The notes: generated by a model from the sequence alone, not told the origin. A DNA stretch of 64,000 nt from Hormiphora californensis (GCA_020137815.1 CM035350.1:7750001-7814000); one strand, 5' to 3'. Shown: positions 1 to 21,654, counted from the first letter of the stretch. Numbers and translations are program-made.

Positions 1-5
1 CCTAC

Positions 6-2376
6 CTTGAACTGTCCGACAAGAGAAGCATCGTCCATCCTGAGAGTGTTGAGAACTCTCAAATGGACAACATCCTTGGCAATGTCAAAGGGAGAGCTGT
101 ATGTTACAAATGCTATCGCCTCATTATACACTGGATCAATACTGTCCTCACATATCTGGGTACTCTTGGTTTCCTTCCCAATAGTGAGCACCACCACCGG
201 GTCACATGGCACGTGGGTGAGCTGTCGGGCCTCGTGGATGAGAAACCTGATCTGATAGACATCCTTTACCACGGACAGTGATGCTTGGTTTATCGGTTCA
301 GCTCTGAGAGGGGTGGGGGTTGCTATGATATTGTGCTTCTTAGTTCTATCTGGTGGCAACGATCTGAGCGCACTGTAAAGAACGGGGTCGGTGCCACCAG
401 ACAGGGGTTAGTAATTACAGGGCTCATAATACGGGGGGCAGTGATACATGCTTTCAATCATGGGTGCGTGCTTGTTAAACAGTGCTTGCCCCAGCTACAG
501 CAGCTTGTATGTAATTGGGTCTTACTGTCGGGAGGAGTCTACTGCCGACCAGGGGGCCATAGGTTTAGCGTGTAGATACAATATTACCGCCGCCTAAATA
601 TACAACAAGAGAACGGGGTACTGGGTGCCAAATTACTACTAATAATACTACTAGAATGGTATGGGGTCGGTGTGTGCATTCAGTGCATACAAATCGAATT
701 CTTTGTGCTTTTTAGCAATTCAGTGTTGGGTTCGCTGCCCGAGTCTGCTACAGAATGTCACATTTTAGACAGACTTGCAGAGAATGGACGCAAACTTTTA
801 TAAATTTTAACTCAGTACAAAAGTCAGTAATTCAGCAATTCAGCAGCAGAAAAAGCGTTCAGCGGATGTTCAGCAGTGAAACTTTATTGGGTAAGACGCA
901 TTCAATGAGTAGCGGTTAAATAAATAATTCATCTTGCCGCTAGCAGCGATTCAGCAGGTGCTGCAGTGTTCCAGTGTTTCAAACACTCAAATACAGGTGG
1001 TTAGACTTACGTCCTGACACTTGTTTCCGACTCATATGTAGGTTGGGGCTTGTAGTTCATTTCCAAAACTATTGACGCCTAATATATAAAATTGGTTGTT
1101 TTTTTTGATAAAATAATGTTTCGGATACGATTAAATTCAATGTTGTCGGAAGGATTTTAGCTGATTTTTTTAACGGAGAATTTAGTGTGCTTCTATACGG
1201 TTTCAAGATTTCAGGGACGCTTCCGGTTAGTATTAAATGCAGTGGTAATGATGGTGGTGACCAAGAATAGCTGCAAAGTACAGTCGAACCAAACCAAACC
1301 AAGAATACGCTGGCGATTATAATGACTGTGTCTGTCACTTACAATCGAGGTTTTGGAATGACTTGAAATAAATCAGTAGGACTTTCATATGTAAATTGAA
1401 CCTCAGCAGAACCCTGTAGTGCAGATACAGATAATGAACGTGCCAATTGACACAAGTAGTTTAGAGTTTCATGAAATTGGAAGATAATCGATTTGTATGC
1501 AGTAAAAGATAATTGGTGCTTGTATGCAAGAATCTAATAATAACTACAGTAATCAATGAGAAATTATGATGGTTTTTAGCAAGGTAATTGATTGTCCTAA
1601 ACTACTACAACTGTCCATGTCTTACAAGCGATCTTTTAAATCCGAAATATACGGAGTAGGATGAAGGTTGTATGATAGGAAAATTAATATCGTCGCCTAA
1701 AATAAGTGAAATGGTCAAAAGGAAACTGTTCAAATGATGTTAGGTGAATGTCAACTCTCTTACCCCATTTTCCACACCCTGTGTATCTTTAAGTTTGAGT
1801 TCTCGAGTTTGTATTGGGGTATCTGTCAGGGACTCCGCATGATACTTTGCCTGTCCAATAACCCTGTGGTGGAAATTGTGGGCTATTTGGAGAGTGAGGG
1901 GAAGAGGGTGGGAGTTCAGCTACAAACAAACAAACAAACAAACAAACAAACAAACAAACAGATCTACAAACAAGAGCATACTTTCCACGAGCGTCAGTTC
2001 TGAAGGTGTAGACAATAATTTCAACATAGTCGTCAGATGTTATCCCTCTTTTACCGAGGGGGAAGGTAAACAACTGGAGTAAAATATGGTTTAGAAAAAC
2101 AATACAAGTTTCGTATTTCTCACTTGTTCACCCCTTACTTGTTGAGTAAGGGGGAAGAGTGTGACACTCTTCCCCCTTACTCAACAACCCCTTACCTAAC
2201 TACCTCGCTCCACCTGCGTCCCTTACCTCGTTCCATTCGGGGTTGAGGTTATTATCGAAGACTTTACTCTTGATGCTGTACCCCTGGAACATCACCACTA
2301 CTAGTGTGGACTGGATGCCGCTCTTTTCCACCAGGGGCAGCGACCTTCCCTCCTTAACCAGCACCTCCAACGACAT
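6..2376 (-). CDS. Ferlin-family protein (myoferlin/dysferlin/otoferlin-like), 5' part: C2A and C2B domains; runs off the left edge
   Basis: Phase-compatible GT-AG exons 2376-2227 (MSLEVLVKEGRSLP...KSKVFDNNLNPEWNE), 2073-1982 (LFTFPLG...VEIIVYTF), 1863-1764 (VIGQAKYHAESL), 1078-1011 (ASIVLEMNYKP) and 303-6 (YQIRFLIHEARQLTHVPCDPVVVLTIG...PVYNE...LVGQFK), matching ferlin C2A and C2B patterns as I recall them. Confidence 0.88.
1343..1413 (-). CDS. Candidate alternative (mutually exclusive) ferlin exon
   Basis: ctacag acceptor, tt|gtaagt donor, 71 nt, phase 0->2 like exon 1078-1011; encodes GSAEVQFTYESPTDLFQVIPKPR. Confidence 0.6.
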
Positions 2377-2709
2377 GGCGGTGGTGGTGGTGGGAGGAGG
2401 AGGCTAGCTGTTCCTATAGAGAGGGTGTGGAATTGTAGAGGGCTAAAGAGGGTGGGAGGAGGAAACCTAGTCAACACAGACTACTACAACACCTCAAAAT
2501 AGAACTAGACCCAGAATCAATGAAGGGGGTACCACAAATGTAGGTACAGTACCAGCTTGTGTATAATATCGAGGGGGGGGGGTACAAACACGTACTACAT
2601 CACGGTGTATCACACAAACAGGGAGAAAGCAAGCTGCCGGAAGTCCAGACGGATGAGTAAGCAGGACAGATTTTAGTGACTTGCTCACTCATCTCCAAAC
2701 CCTCCTAGA

Positions 2710-2907
<198 letters not shown>

Positions 2908-4581
2908 CTTTTTCTACGTGGTGTAAGCACCCCCACACTCTGGATCTGTGTTGTACACGGGTGAATTGTGGGACTTTTACACACACACACACACACAATA
3001 CATGAAAGCCAGACCCAACCTGAAACCATAAACCTCCTTCCGGGGTTAAACTGAAATTAATTCCACTAAATGGGAAAAAGAGATCACCTTTATGTTTTGT
3101 TCACGAAGGAGTCAGATGATATATAGTATGTTAAAGATTTTTATTAATTTATTCTAGCCGGTTCAGTGAGCAAAATCGAAACTTTCTATCCCTTCCATTC
3201 AGCCGGGTAATATCCTGAAAATGAATTTTTAGACTCATTCCTCCTTTTTCAGCTCTAGTTGATACAGTGATACACGATCAGGTTGCACAGTCGCTGCACT
3301 TACACACCTTGACTCTGCTGGAAGTTGCTGTGCAGTAAGTTGTATTGGAATGGAACTACCCGGAGATAACCCACACACTGTTATATGGCGGCGCCATATC
3401 TCATTTGATTCTCAGTGCGCTCAGATGTTGTTGAGTAAGGGGTGGGACCACCGTCCACTGCACCCCTTACTAAACAACTCAGATGGGGTCGCGGCGCCAG
3501 ACAGCCCACGCAAGGAATTACAATCCTTCCCATTTCACCACTTTGAACAAATGGATAGAACCATGTGAGGAAAACCGCCCCCGAAATAGCATCCCATTGC
3601 TTGCATATGTAACCGCTGCTTGTTTGCATAACAGGGGAAGGTACCTGGAAGGAATGCATCATCTAAAGGGGAGAAAAAGAGAGGGAAATGGGCGAAAAAG
3701 AGAGAAAAAAGAGAGGGATATGGGGTTAACATATGGTGTGCAAGCCCCCATATATGCATGATATATCCCTCGAGGGTTTTTTGTGGTCATTCACACCTCC
3801 TTCCTCTCTGGCAAGGGTAAAATCATCATCATCATCATCATCTCTCTCTCTCTCTCTCACAATTTCTGTAATATTCTCTATATGATTCTCGCTTGTGGTT
3901 TTTGCATTCTTCCTGCAGTAGTTCATGGTTGCATACCACGTGACATTGTTCATACACCACGTGACATTGTTCATGTGAACTGGCGCAGTAAACCTAGCTG
4001 CCTACACCCCCCCCCCTCGTAGAGGGGTATAAAAGCACCTGCTTAGTACTGTTTAGACCATAAAATCTCAACGCAAAGAAAAATAATTATACCACCACCC
4101 AGATATCTATCACCGATGTATCCCCCTGTCTCCTTCCCGCCCCCTTTGAAACCCACTCCCGCCTCCCTCCCCTGACACTATGTGTTATCTAGAAATAGAA
4201 ACACACTCTGGAAGAGGTCCATATGAAGTTATATAGTCACGTGGAGGGGGTTGCTGTCTGCATTGAAGTGTGACAGCTGATCACTATGATGGTCTCCGAT
4301 ATTGTCTAGCTGTCTGTATCTGTGTCTGCCTCTCTCTCTTTGGATCTACCATTACATCACTTCCACCTTGTTTTTTAGACTGAACACAGTGGGATGTAGC
4401 CTATTTTGGGAATCTTACCGATAACCTGTAATCCCCTCGATCGGTGTGATAGCTTGTAGTTTCTCGTACCGTGATATGTGTAATATGCAGCGGGTTACTT
4501 GTTAGTAGCCGTAGTAATATGTGAGAGTGGAGCTTATAGTAGGGAGACTTTTTCTCGCTTTATGTTCTTCACTTATCTCTC

Positions 4582-4650
<69 letters not shown>

Positions 4651-4721
4651 CCCAGTGATTGTAGCCGCCGCAAACCACACTAGTTTACTAAATCCCTCCC
4701 TTATAACAGTTGTCCTAGTCA

Positions 4722-5585
4722 ATGTTTGGTAAAACACCGCCACCTTGGGGAACTAACAAATTTCAACCCGCCCACACCTACGCCCCGAACTTCCACCAAC
4801 CTCGGAACTTGAAGCACATTGACACCAACAGTCGACTGGATATCAATTGGGAGAAAGCCATGAAACGCGCCAGGTCAAAAGCAGCTGCAGCAGCACGGGT
4901 CCAAGCTGACAAGGAGAATCCCGAGAGAACAACAACAACAACAGTCCAACCAAGTGTAGTAACCACGGAAACCAAGTCTGTTACCATGGTGACTGAGATG
5001 CAGGACACTCTGAACAAGATAAACACCCTTCTGGCTGATCTGCAAACGCGCCGAACCACAAAACCTTCCACCACCACCACAGATAACACAACTATTACCA
5101 GTTGTCTGGATTCCATATCGCGTGATATCAGCACCCTCTCCAGCCAGATCCCTCCCACCAGGAAACCAGAACCTAGCACAGACTCTGCCGTTACCATGGC
5201 AACATCCCTGCCTCACGACGATATTGATGAGACAGATGACGCTCCAAAACAACCTACTGATAAACGAACCAGGAAGGCAACTGGCAAATCGACAACATCC
5301 TCTAGTACTTTCTACCGTGGCAGCGATGCATCCCAGGCTTACAGTTTACACAGATCATCCTTTAATTCCATAGCCGCATTATCCGGGTTCGGAGAGGTCA
5401 CTACCCTGAGGCAGAGACGGAATTCAGTTGCCACGGATACCGGGGTTGCCACAGAAATGGCATCCGGGGCTCAGTACTTTACAGAGTACCCACCTCAGCG
5501 AGGCAGTAAGAGGTTCAACGGGGTGTTTGCAGATGACATTCAGGCACTGTTTGATGATAGTGCCCGGGGGCTTATCACACTCTGA
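4722..5585 (+). CDS. Intronless 287-aa Thr/Ser-rich protein of unknown function
   Basis: 864-bp stop-free ORF with protein-like composition and a pyrimidine-rich AG acceptor (ccttataacag, 4709) just upstream of the ATG; no family recognised. Confidence 0.6.
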   Translation: MFGKTPPPWGTNKFQPAHTYAPNFHQPRNLKHIDTNSRLDINWEKAMKRARSKAAAAARVQADKENPERTTTTTVQPSVVTTETKSVTMVTEMQDTLNKINTLLADLQTRRTTKPSTTTTDNTTITSCLDSISRDISTLSSQIPPTRKPEPSTDSAVTMATSLPHDDIDETDDAPKQPTDKRTRKATGKSTTSSSTFYRGSDASQAYSLHRSSFNSIAALSGFGEVTTLRQRRNSVATDTGVATEMASGAQYFTEYPPQRGSKRFNGVFADDIQALFDDSARGLITL

Positions 5586-5815
5586 ACAATGACATGCAGG
5601 ACCATGATACAATCCCACTGTCATTTGGGGGACAGATTGAGCTGAAGCTGAAGTGAAGTGCTTCAAATATGAAGATGATGAGATCAGGAGTGAACAGGTA
5701 TAACTCAGAGACTCCCGCTGATTACGAGACATACCGAGAGAGACAGAAACGAATTCGGTCGACTGAATGTGTATAGAGAAGATGATAATATGAGCTTTTA
5801 TTACAGTGCATGGCG

Positions 5816-6028
5816 CTTGTAGTGGGAAAACGGTATTCAAAACGGTATTCTGCGCGATAAACTGTACGCAGACGCAGCTTCAATGCGAAGGCTTAATAGT
5901 AAATAAAAGCATGCATGTTCAGCACTGAATGTGTACGCTGTCAATCTAGCTGTCTGATATTGGTCAATATATCGTGTGGACCTTTTCAGACCGATACCGT
6001 TTGTGAAATACAGTTGTCTCACTACAAG
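5816..6028. mobile_element. Small MITE-like element; related copy at ~58000-58155
   Basis: Ends cttgtagtggga / tctcactacaag are near-inverted. The 58 kb copy shares the cttgtagt...cccactacaag ends and an internal tgttcagcac motif. Confidence 0.4.
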
Positions 6029-6365
6029 TACAAGCAATCCTTGTTAGTGGATTGTTGAACTGTCAAGTTACTTAACTTTTAGTTCTGTTAAATTGCGCAT
6101 GATGAGTTTCTTTGTGAAATAATGTTGCCATGGTCACGGACCACTGTAAAACAAACTAAAAACACAAATCTCACGGTTTGACCACGGTGGTAATCCATGT
6201 CAGAAACAACTTAATATAGGTTGAATTCTCCAATTGAATCTCAGTAAAAAAGAACCCGGGAAGAACCCGTTCAAAAATTTTCCACATTCACATGCACACA
6301 ATTGACAGACTCACATCACGCTCACCCTCACGCACACTAAACACACACACACACACAGCTCACAG

Positions 6366-13276
<6,911 letters not shown>

Positions 13277-13709
13277 CTGAGGGAAATATGGATATATATA
13301 TATACTATGCTTACATATAAGGTAATCTATACCCAACTAGAAACCTATATTATATGTTTCTAGTTGGGTATACAGCTCGTTAGGCAAGATTAGTTCATGC
13401 TTTTACCTTCCACGAGGCATAACAGACAGAAACGGACAAATAAAGTAAAGTCAACTTTATAAATAACAGTACAGGCAAGGTTCCATGAGTTTTCAAAGAT
13501 AAATTATTGTCAGTATAAATTCCTCTTTCAAGGTAAGACCGGGTGTTTAATTACTCTTTTAGGGACTTGTAGCGTAGCCACTGCATTGCGCCTCCGAATG
13601 GTCTCTTGGGCGTTGTGTGCATTGTAGGCGTTGATGTAGACAGACGTCCGAGAGTGGTGGACCATGTCGCTTTTATCCACTTTGTCAAAATAGTTTAAAG
13701 AAATGATGA

Positions 13710-14004
13710 AATAAATAAATGAAACAAGGATAAAAAGCAGCATGCTACGTAGAACAGTAAGGCAAATATTATATTTTATCTGAAAGTTTAAGACGCTAGA
13801 TTTTGAAACTAAATGGCTTTGTCTTGTAGCCAAACAGGCTCCCTAAATAGTTACGAAATAAATAAATAAAACAAGGATAAAAAGCAGCATGCTACGTAGA
13901 ACAGTAAGGCAAATATTATATTCTATCTGAAAGTTTAAGACGCTAGATTTTGAAACTAAATGGCTTTGTCTTGTAGCCAAACAGGCTCCCTAAATAGTTA
14001 CGAA
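13710..14004. repeat. Tandem duplication of ~145 bp
   Basis: aaacaaggataaaaagcagcatgctacg...ctccctaaatagttacgaa occurs twice head-to-tail, nearly identical. Confidence 0.9.
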
Positions 14005-15131
14005 CAGCAGAGAGTAAGATTGGAGATAAGCTGAGACATATAACATTGGAGATCTGCACTGCAGAGAGGTAGGTAGGATGATACATCTTGAATGGCTCAG
14101 AGTAATAGGAGCAACTCATAATGAGGATATAATATGATACAGGAAATTATCAGTGGCAGCAAATTATAGAAAGGATAACTATTATCTAGAATTGCCGGAA
14201 TCTCAAAAAAACGTCCAGTTACCATAACAATTGATCAATTTGTAATCTACGATTTAATTCTATGATCAATGCGGGCATTTAAGACATGCCAAAGTAGAGG
14301 AATTATCTATAATTCTTGAGTAGTAATATAGTAATAAGTAATCGCTGTTCTCTGTCTAAATCGTAATTTCATTAATACATGATTGATACAGTATTATAGT
14401 AATGAATATAATATGAAGTTCAGTTAATATATAATGGTAGAATTACAATGGAGCTGTATCGACAACAACTTTAGTGATCAAACAATTAACTATAATGAAA
14501 ACTATAGTAAATTGATATATGGTAGATCATAGCACCATGCCAGTGATGTGTTTTATAGAGGTTGTAAGACAAGCAAATTGATCAATGGTCCAGCATCATA
14601 ACTGCAATGATTGGAGATCGACAGTCTATAATACATGCAAGCTCTCTCTCTATAGTGTGTCTTTCTCTAATAGGCCACTAAGTATCGCTTACCAAGACAC
14701 ATTATAAGTCACAGACTAGCTGCTGGAGACCCGGCTGCTGGAGAGGGGGTGTAGCTTTTTTAAACTTAAGTCCTAACAGTTTTCATGTTACGCTACTAAT
14801 ACGAACCAGATACATGCACGTTACACTATGAACAAGCTACGTGACTCCTCGATCCCCACCCATAGCAGCTCAACCACAACAGAAAGATCGAGTTCACACG
14901 ATTATTGTAATTTGTAATTGTGTGGTAATATAGTGAGGCTCACTGACCACATTCAAGACACATACGTCTAGATCACGTGGTGCTAGGGACGAGAGAACCG
15001 GAACTACAGTCGGCATAGTTCAACTTATATATATTCAGCTGTCATTTCACACCTGTGTGGGAACTGCGTACACATGTATGAAGGTAATAGGGCGGTGCTG
15101 GGTATCTGATGACTAGGCTGCTAAATGAACA

Positions 15132-15203
<72 letters not shown>

Positions 15204-15957
15204 AAGAAAAAGCTACATATGAGGCTGGATCAAGATGGTCATCCTACAAAGTCTCATGGAACACAATTCAGTTGCTCTATTTTAAACGCCATAGTTCTCA
15301 ACCATTTTCTTTATTTATAAAAACGTCATAGTTCACAACTCATATCCTCGGCTCTGAAAAGGCCATAGTTGACATCTTCATGGCCATTGTTTCAGAATGC
15401 AGACAATGAAACAATGTGGAGAGAACAATAGTGCCAAATTCATGAGTTGCAATCTGGAATTAGTGCTCCAAAATTTGCAATTTCTTATCATTTCGAGCAA
15501 AGTTAGGGTACTGTTAGGAGAGGAACGTTTGTTAAGTGTAACCAAGATAATTATGATTTGCACATGAATTAGAAGACCTGCATGATCTATAATTAGATCA
15601 TTGATCAGTTGAAGGGTGGGAGACTAAATATGCATTGCACATAATTATGTACATTTCATATCTGATGCAAAAATTAACGATGACTGCTGAATGACACTAA
15701 GACAGTAAGACAAAGATACGGTTGTAAACACCTCATACACAAAGGTCAGCGCAAAGGAAGTATATGGCAGAGAAAGAGAGACAGGAGACAGAGAGAGAGA
15801 GGGAGGGAAAGAGAGGCAGAGAAAGAGTGAGATGGAGGGAAAGAGAGGCCGCAGAGCTAAGAGAGGGAAAGAGAGGAAGAGTCCTCGTGTCCTAATTCAA
15901 AACATTGACTTGGAGAGATCATAGTTCTGAGAGACACATGAAGATAATTGTGAAAGA

Positions 15958-16041
<84 letters not shown>

Positions 16042-16194
16042 GACAGAGAGAGACAGATATATACATAGTGAAAAAGAGAGAAAGATACAGTTCCCAGATG
16101 ATGGATAATTACAGCAAAAATTTAGTGTTTAAAAAAGAAGATCATAGAACATAAGAGTCACTTTGCTCCTCTGGATAAGTATCTCATTGAATGT

Positions 16195-17649
16195 TTATGT
16201 GCAGGACAGCTCCATGGCGAACAGGATAGGAGTTAGGAAACTGTACGTGATAAGTGCTCGAGCAACACCATAGGTCGGAGACAGGAAATGTGCTGAAACA
16301 ATTCAGCAGAATTCAAAGTTTTTTGGGACCCAATGCTAACAGCTCTGTTATATAATAGGTAACAACATACAGTACATCCGGGTAAATAGAAGAATAGAGA
16401 TGATAGAATGTAACAGAGGGGAAATTACCAGTACACGATAGAAAACAGAAGGCGAATCATGACTACATGATCGACAAGAAAATTTCACCAAATCGAAATT
16501 GACTGGGAAATGATTGCTATAGTAAACACAAGCCACTATAATGGTGGGAGAGCAACAGCTGATGTTTCTAAGATGGGAGAGAGCTATAATTTTAACTTTT
16601 CTGCCTGTATCAGGAAGAATAGTTTTTAGGGTATTCATGGGTAACCATTGCAATGGTTACTAACCATACCAAAGAACATATGCATATAACAGGAAACGCT
16701 CTAAAGCCTAACCTTTTCCATGGACACTATAATACGCAACGTTCTTCAGAAGACCAGCTGATGGAATGTTCTGCTTGCTAATATAATATTTATTAAAAAT
16801 ATAAATATAAAGGTTAACCATATATTTCTCACCTCAGCTGACGGCTCCTCTACAGTTATATTATTAGAAAGCTGTTGTTCCACGGTCAGGTCCTCACCAC
16901 CAGCTGTAGACCCCCCTGAGGAGCTGCTGAGGCCATGCTGCTGCTGGGAGTAAACAATCTTCTGTAGCTCAAACTGGAACATACACGCCGTGTGAACTGA
17001 TTTCCACATAATGCTCATAACGAGAGAGGGTCTGATGTCGAGCTTCCTCCGCGTGTGACGTCGTGACGATGTTATAGCATTCTTCAATTAGGAGGGTGGT
17101 TTAAAGTCGGTGGAATGTTAATCTTGATGTCGCGTATCCATGGTTTTAATTTTAATTAGTTGCTATGGTAACTAAAGAGACCAAGACCTAAAAAAGAAAT
17201 AAAGTGGGACTAGCCCAATCTGTGAAGACATACTGGCGAAAATGCTGGAAAGCCTGGGGCTTGAACTAATCGAAACAAAACATCTCGTTTCAATTAGTGG
17301 TACAAGCCTAATTAAAAAACTACTAAACAAATTACAGTGACCGTCACTGTAATTACTTCTTGTCTAACCAGAAGCGGGCAGATCGGATCGGATAATGCGT
17401 TACCACAAAACGGTAGTGCATTTATATTTAGATAATTTGTTGTTTTTTGGCGGAAAGTAGAATGATGTGGTCACATTGTCAGCATAAAGTAATAACATTT
17501 AGGCAGTAATAGATACTAAATGATAGGTTTCATTACGTGGTTTCACAATGCAGTGCACATAATAATCGATTATTAGATAAAAAATACAGCACATTTAATC
17601 CATTTTTAGATAGATCGTAACAAGAGATAGAGAGAGAGAGGGAGAGAGG

Positions 17650-17694
<45 letters not shown>

Positions 17695-18092
17695 GGAGAA
17701 AGGGAGAGAGAAAGGGAGAGTGAAAATATTCCAAACATAAACGACCAACCACAAGACACCATGCAGACAGACACCTGACACAGACTAGTTCACAGTTGTA
17801 ACTTACCCCTCTGAGCTCTCCGGATAGCTGAAAATAGAAACAAAGTGTTAGATTTTACTTTTTAGATGATAGAAAATTCCCATGTTAGCATGTAATGAGT
17901 GACATATATATGACGCATAATGAGTGATTATCTGTCATTAAGACATGTTTGGTGTGTGTGTCGCATATTGTGTGTATCATGACTGATGATTACACGTGAT
18001 GTTGTATGTGATAATAAATTGAATTACCGTGTCAGATCACCTTCACAATCAATGACACCCTTGTCACCACCGCTTCCGGCATATGAACTAAA
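16195..18092 (-). CDS. Candidate exons of an unidentified gene with a hydrophobic C-terminus
   Basis: AG/GT-bounded segments at ~18092-18040, a 21-nt microexon at ~17807-17827, ~16973-16833 (FELQKIVYSQQQHG...EEPSAE), ~16770-16713 and ~16292-16195 (HFLSPTYGVARALITYSFLTPILFAMELSCT*). The frame of the upstream exons is ambiguous. Confidence 0.4.
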
Positions 18093-18384
18093 CTGGAGAA
18101 AGAGATAAAGAAGAGGGTAGAAGATATATTATGATTTACTCCAACCCTCTGTCACATAACAAATGATTTTGATAACTGGGGGAAAAGGAAGCAAGATCGC
18201 GAGCTATAAAACATTTCACCGTCATTATATGATGAGCTATCAAGATACCCTGCAGTAATAACGATCTGAGATAATCACAGCTCAGAGCTCTCTAATTTTT
18301 AGACATATCTGCAAGTCCTGTTCAATATATCGGCAAATGTTCATTTGCCGCGGATGTTGTCGAGAAGCCGATTCACCGACCACC

Positions 18385-18522
18385 ACGGGCTTGAGACGGA
18401 ATTTTATTGGCGACGTTCAGACGTGCTTGAGACGTGCTTGAGACGTGTTTGGTTTCCGTCTGATTTCGTCCAACTCCGTCTAAACGGGTAGAGACCGTTT
18501 CAGACGCACGTCTCAAGCCCGT
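18385..18522. mobile_element. MITE-like element
   Basis: TIR acgggcttgagacg / cgtctcaagcccgt with internal agacg repeats. Confidence 0.55.
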
Positions 18523-18700
18523 TCTAACATACACAAGAGATTATAAATGGTGAAAGATCAGGGAGAATAAAAAGCAATGCAAATCCATACAGGGGTGGCA
18601 GTCTAGCTTGGCAAGCAGGGGGCTATATAGTACTACAGCCTAGCCTTGTATCAACTTTAAATCAAACTAATTTTCACAATTCAGGATTGATATTTCTCAG

Positions 18701-18911
18701 AGTGGTCATCCGACATAATTGTCACAGCTCGACGAGAAATTCGACCTGATTCTCTACCTGGAATACGACACGCATTCGTAGTGAGAGAGACATAAAGACT
18801 AGCGAGAGAGAAGAATTGAAGCGCGACATCATTTGCTTACTGCGGCACATCTCTCTGATGCGCGGCGCATTTCTCGTCGGATTTCTCGTCGGAATATGTC
18901 GGATGACCACT
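18701..18911. mobile_element. MITE-like element
   Basis: TIR agtggtcatccgacata / tatgtcggatgaccact plus subterminal cgacgagaaat / atttctcgtcg. Confidence 0.65.
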
Positions 18912-19020
18912 TTCATGAGCCATATTATACCATATATATTATACCACGCATATATATATGCGTAAATTACATAAATTACGGGCTGTGGGCTGAAGCCAAA
19001 ATAGGATAGGTTTAGATCAT

Positions 19021-20030
19021 AACTAGTCGGGGCGAATCTCTCACAAAAAGAAGTGGTTGACACACTATTTGGTGAAAAGCAAATTCCGGTTGTAACCCAC
19101 CTATTTTGACCCGCTGAACACGATCCCGTCCATAGGTAAGCTCGCAAAAGTGAAGAAAATGCCCAAATCGGCCACGCCCTTTTACCTGTATTTTCAGCCT
19201 GTAGCCAAAAACATAAATCCTCTTAGAATAGAAGTAGAGACAAATCTGAGGGCACTAAAGTGATCAGCGCCCTCGCATTAGTGGGGGTAGGTGCTGGAAT
19301 TAAGTCTCTATCTCATCTGGTTAATTAGATAATTGGATAATTAGGTTTGTGCATAACCGTTTTTTGGCTATATGGCTATAGCCACTTAGGAATGGTTTAG
19401 AGACTTTTCACTGGCGCCATTTTGTAGGCAATAGCCAAGTTATGGGGGGTCGACGTCGGACTTTTAAGCTCTATTTCCAACCGTTTAGCCGTTATTGGGC
19501 TTAATCGATGCTCAAAATGAGCGAAAAACGGTAAAAAGCCCGATTTTGAGCATCGTCTAAGCCAAATAAAGGCTAAACGGTTGGAGATAGAGCTTAAAAG
19601 TCCGACGTTGACCCCCCATAACTTGGCTATTGCCTACAAAATGGCGCCAGTGAAAAGTCTCTAAACCATTCCTAAGTGGCTATAGCCATATAGCCAAAAA
19701 ACGGTTATGCGCAAACCTAATTATCCAATTATCTAATTAACCAGATGAGATAGAGACTTAATTCCAGCACCTAACCCCACTAATGCGAGGGCGCTGATCA
19801 CTTTAGTGCCCTCAGATTTGTCTCTACTCCTATTCTAAGAGGATTTATGTTTTTGGCTACAGGCTAAAAATACAGGTAAAAGGGCGTGGCCGATTTGGGC
19901 ATTTTCTTCACTTTTGCGAGCTTACCTATGGACGGGATCGTGTTCAGTGGGTCAAAATAGGTGGGTTACAACCGGAATTTGCTTTTCACCAAATAGTGTG
20001 TCAAAAAATTAAGATTCGCCCCGACTTGTT
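19021..20030. mobile_element. ~1-kb foldback (palindromic) element
   Basis: Arms of ~490 bp are near-perfect reverse complements around a ~20-bp spacer near 19520-19540. Confidence 0.9.
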
Positions 20031-20501
20031 TTTATGATATTCTAAATTAATGGACTCAAAAGGAAAAGAAGGTTGTAAGAACTGTGAGCCAGTCAAAATT
20101 TGGTGCGTGACTATTGAGTGTGATCAATGATTGAATTAGCGACCGTCGAATCTGACGAAGTAACGCTGCATTTGGTAAATTATTGCTGCTGCCACTAACT
20201 ATGAAATTGTACAGAAGATATCATCTGTTTCCTATCAAAAAACCACAGAAACGAACATTCTAGAGGTAAGATCGTAATTTGTAGCTAATTATATGGTAGC
20301 GTGAACAATTAACAAACTTCGGCGAGTAATTGCACGATCACACCAAAGCATTTTATACCAACTCCACGGCAGAAAGAATCGGGAAGAAGGGACCTGCCGG
20401 TATCTAACGGGCTCAGCAGAAAAGGGAAGGCACAAAGAGAGGGCATGACTAAATGGACAGACTTTATATATAAAGATTGAACAAATAGTGCAGAGATAGG
20501 G

Positions 20502-20628
<127 letters not shown>

Positions 20629-20629
20629 T

Positions 20630-20812
<183 letters not shown>

Positions 20813-21597
20813 GTCTTCCAAAATAGCGCCCGTTTGCAGGGTTAACGGTCCTCTACTGTTATACCTACACTGTTATAGAACGTATTGTGCAGCATTGTGT
20901 AGCTATATATATATATAGCCGCTATATATTTAAAGATGTATCAACATTAATAGGAAATTGCCATCTTCTCTCTTCTATCATCTAATTTCTGTCTCTTCAT
21001 GGTCACCAATAGTTTAAGTTATAAAGTTAGTTTTCATTTAAAACATCTGGCCCAATTTATTTAGTTAAATTTCCAGTTATGGATTCTTCATCTGCACTTT
21101 GTGTAAACCATTGGACGTCTAACTAACCGCGAAAGAGATTTCGACATGGGGAGCGATTATCTAAATGTCAATTATATTACTGGTATACAGCCATGGTATA
21201 CCATATATAATTAACCGGTTGTGGTCAAACTCAAGATCACTGCAGTTCATGATTTCATTCAATCGTACGGTCAATTAGATACACATTGATTGTTTTCTTT
21301 GTGGGACATTAAATCTGGAAATTTTTTTAGAAGGAGTTATATGGCTCTATATAAATCTCATGATAAATCTATCCGTAGCCTTTAGGTCATATAATTGGCT
21401 AGGAGTAGGACTAAGGAAAACCTAACTCAGTTTAGAGTGTAACAGAATTGAACAGTGGTTTACTCAAAAAACTGTGCTTGGAAGGCAATGACGCGGACTA
21501 AGACAATGCCATTGACTACTCTACGGTCCTTGGGCAAAGCATTTTAACAAAGTGTAGCTTAGAAAGAGGTGTAACACACAATCTAACTTCGTGTAGC

Positions 21598-21654
<57 letters not shown>

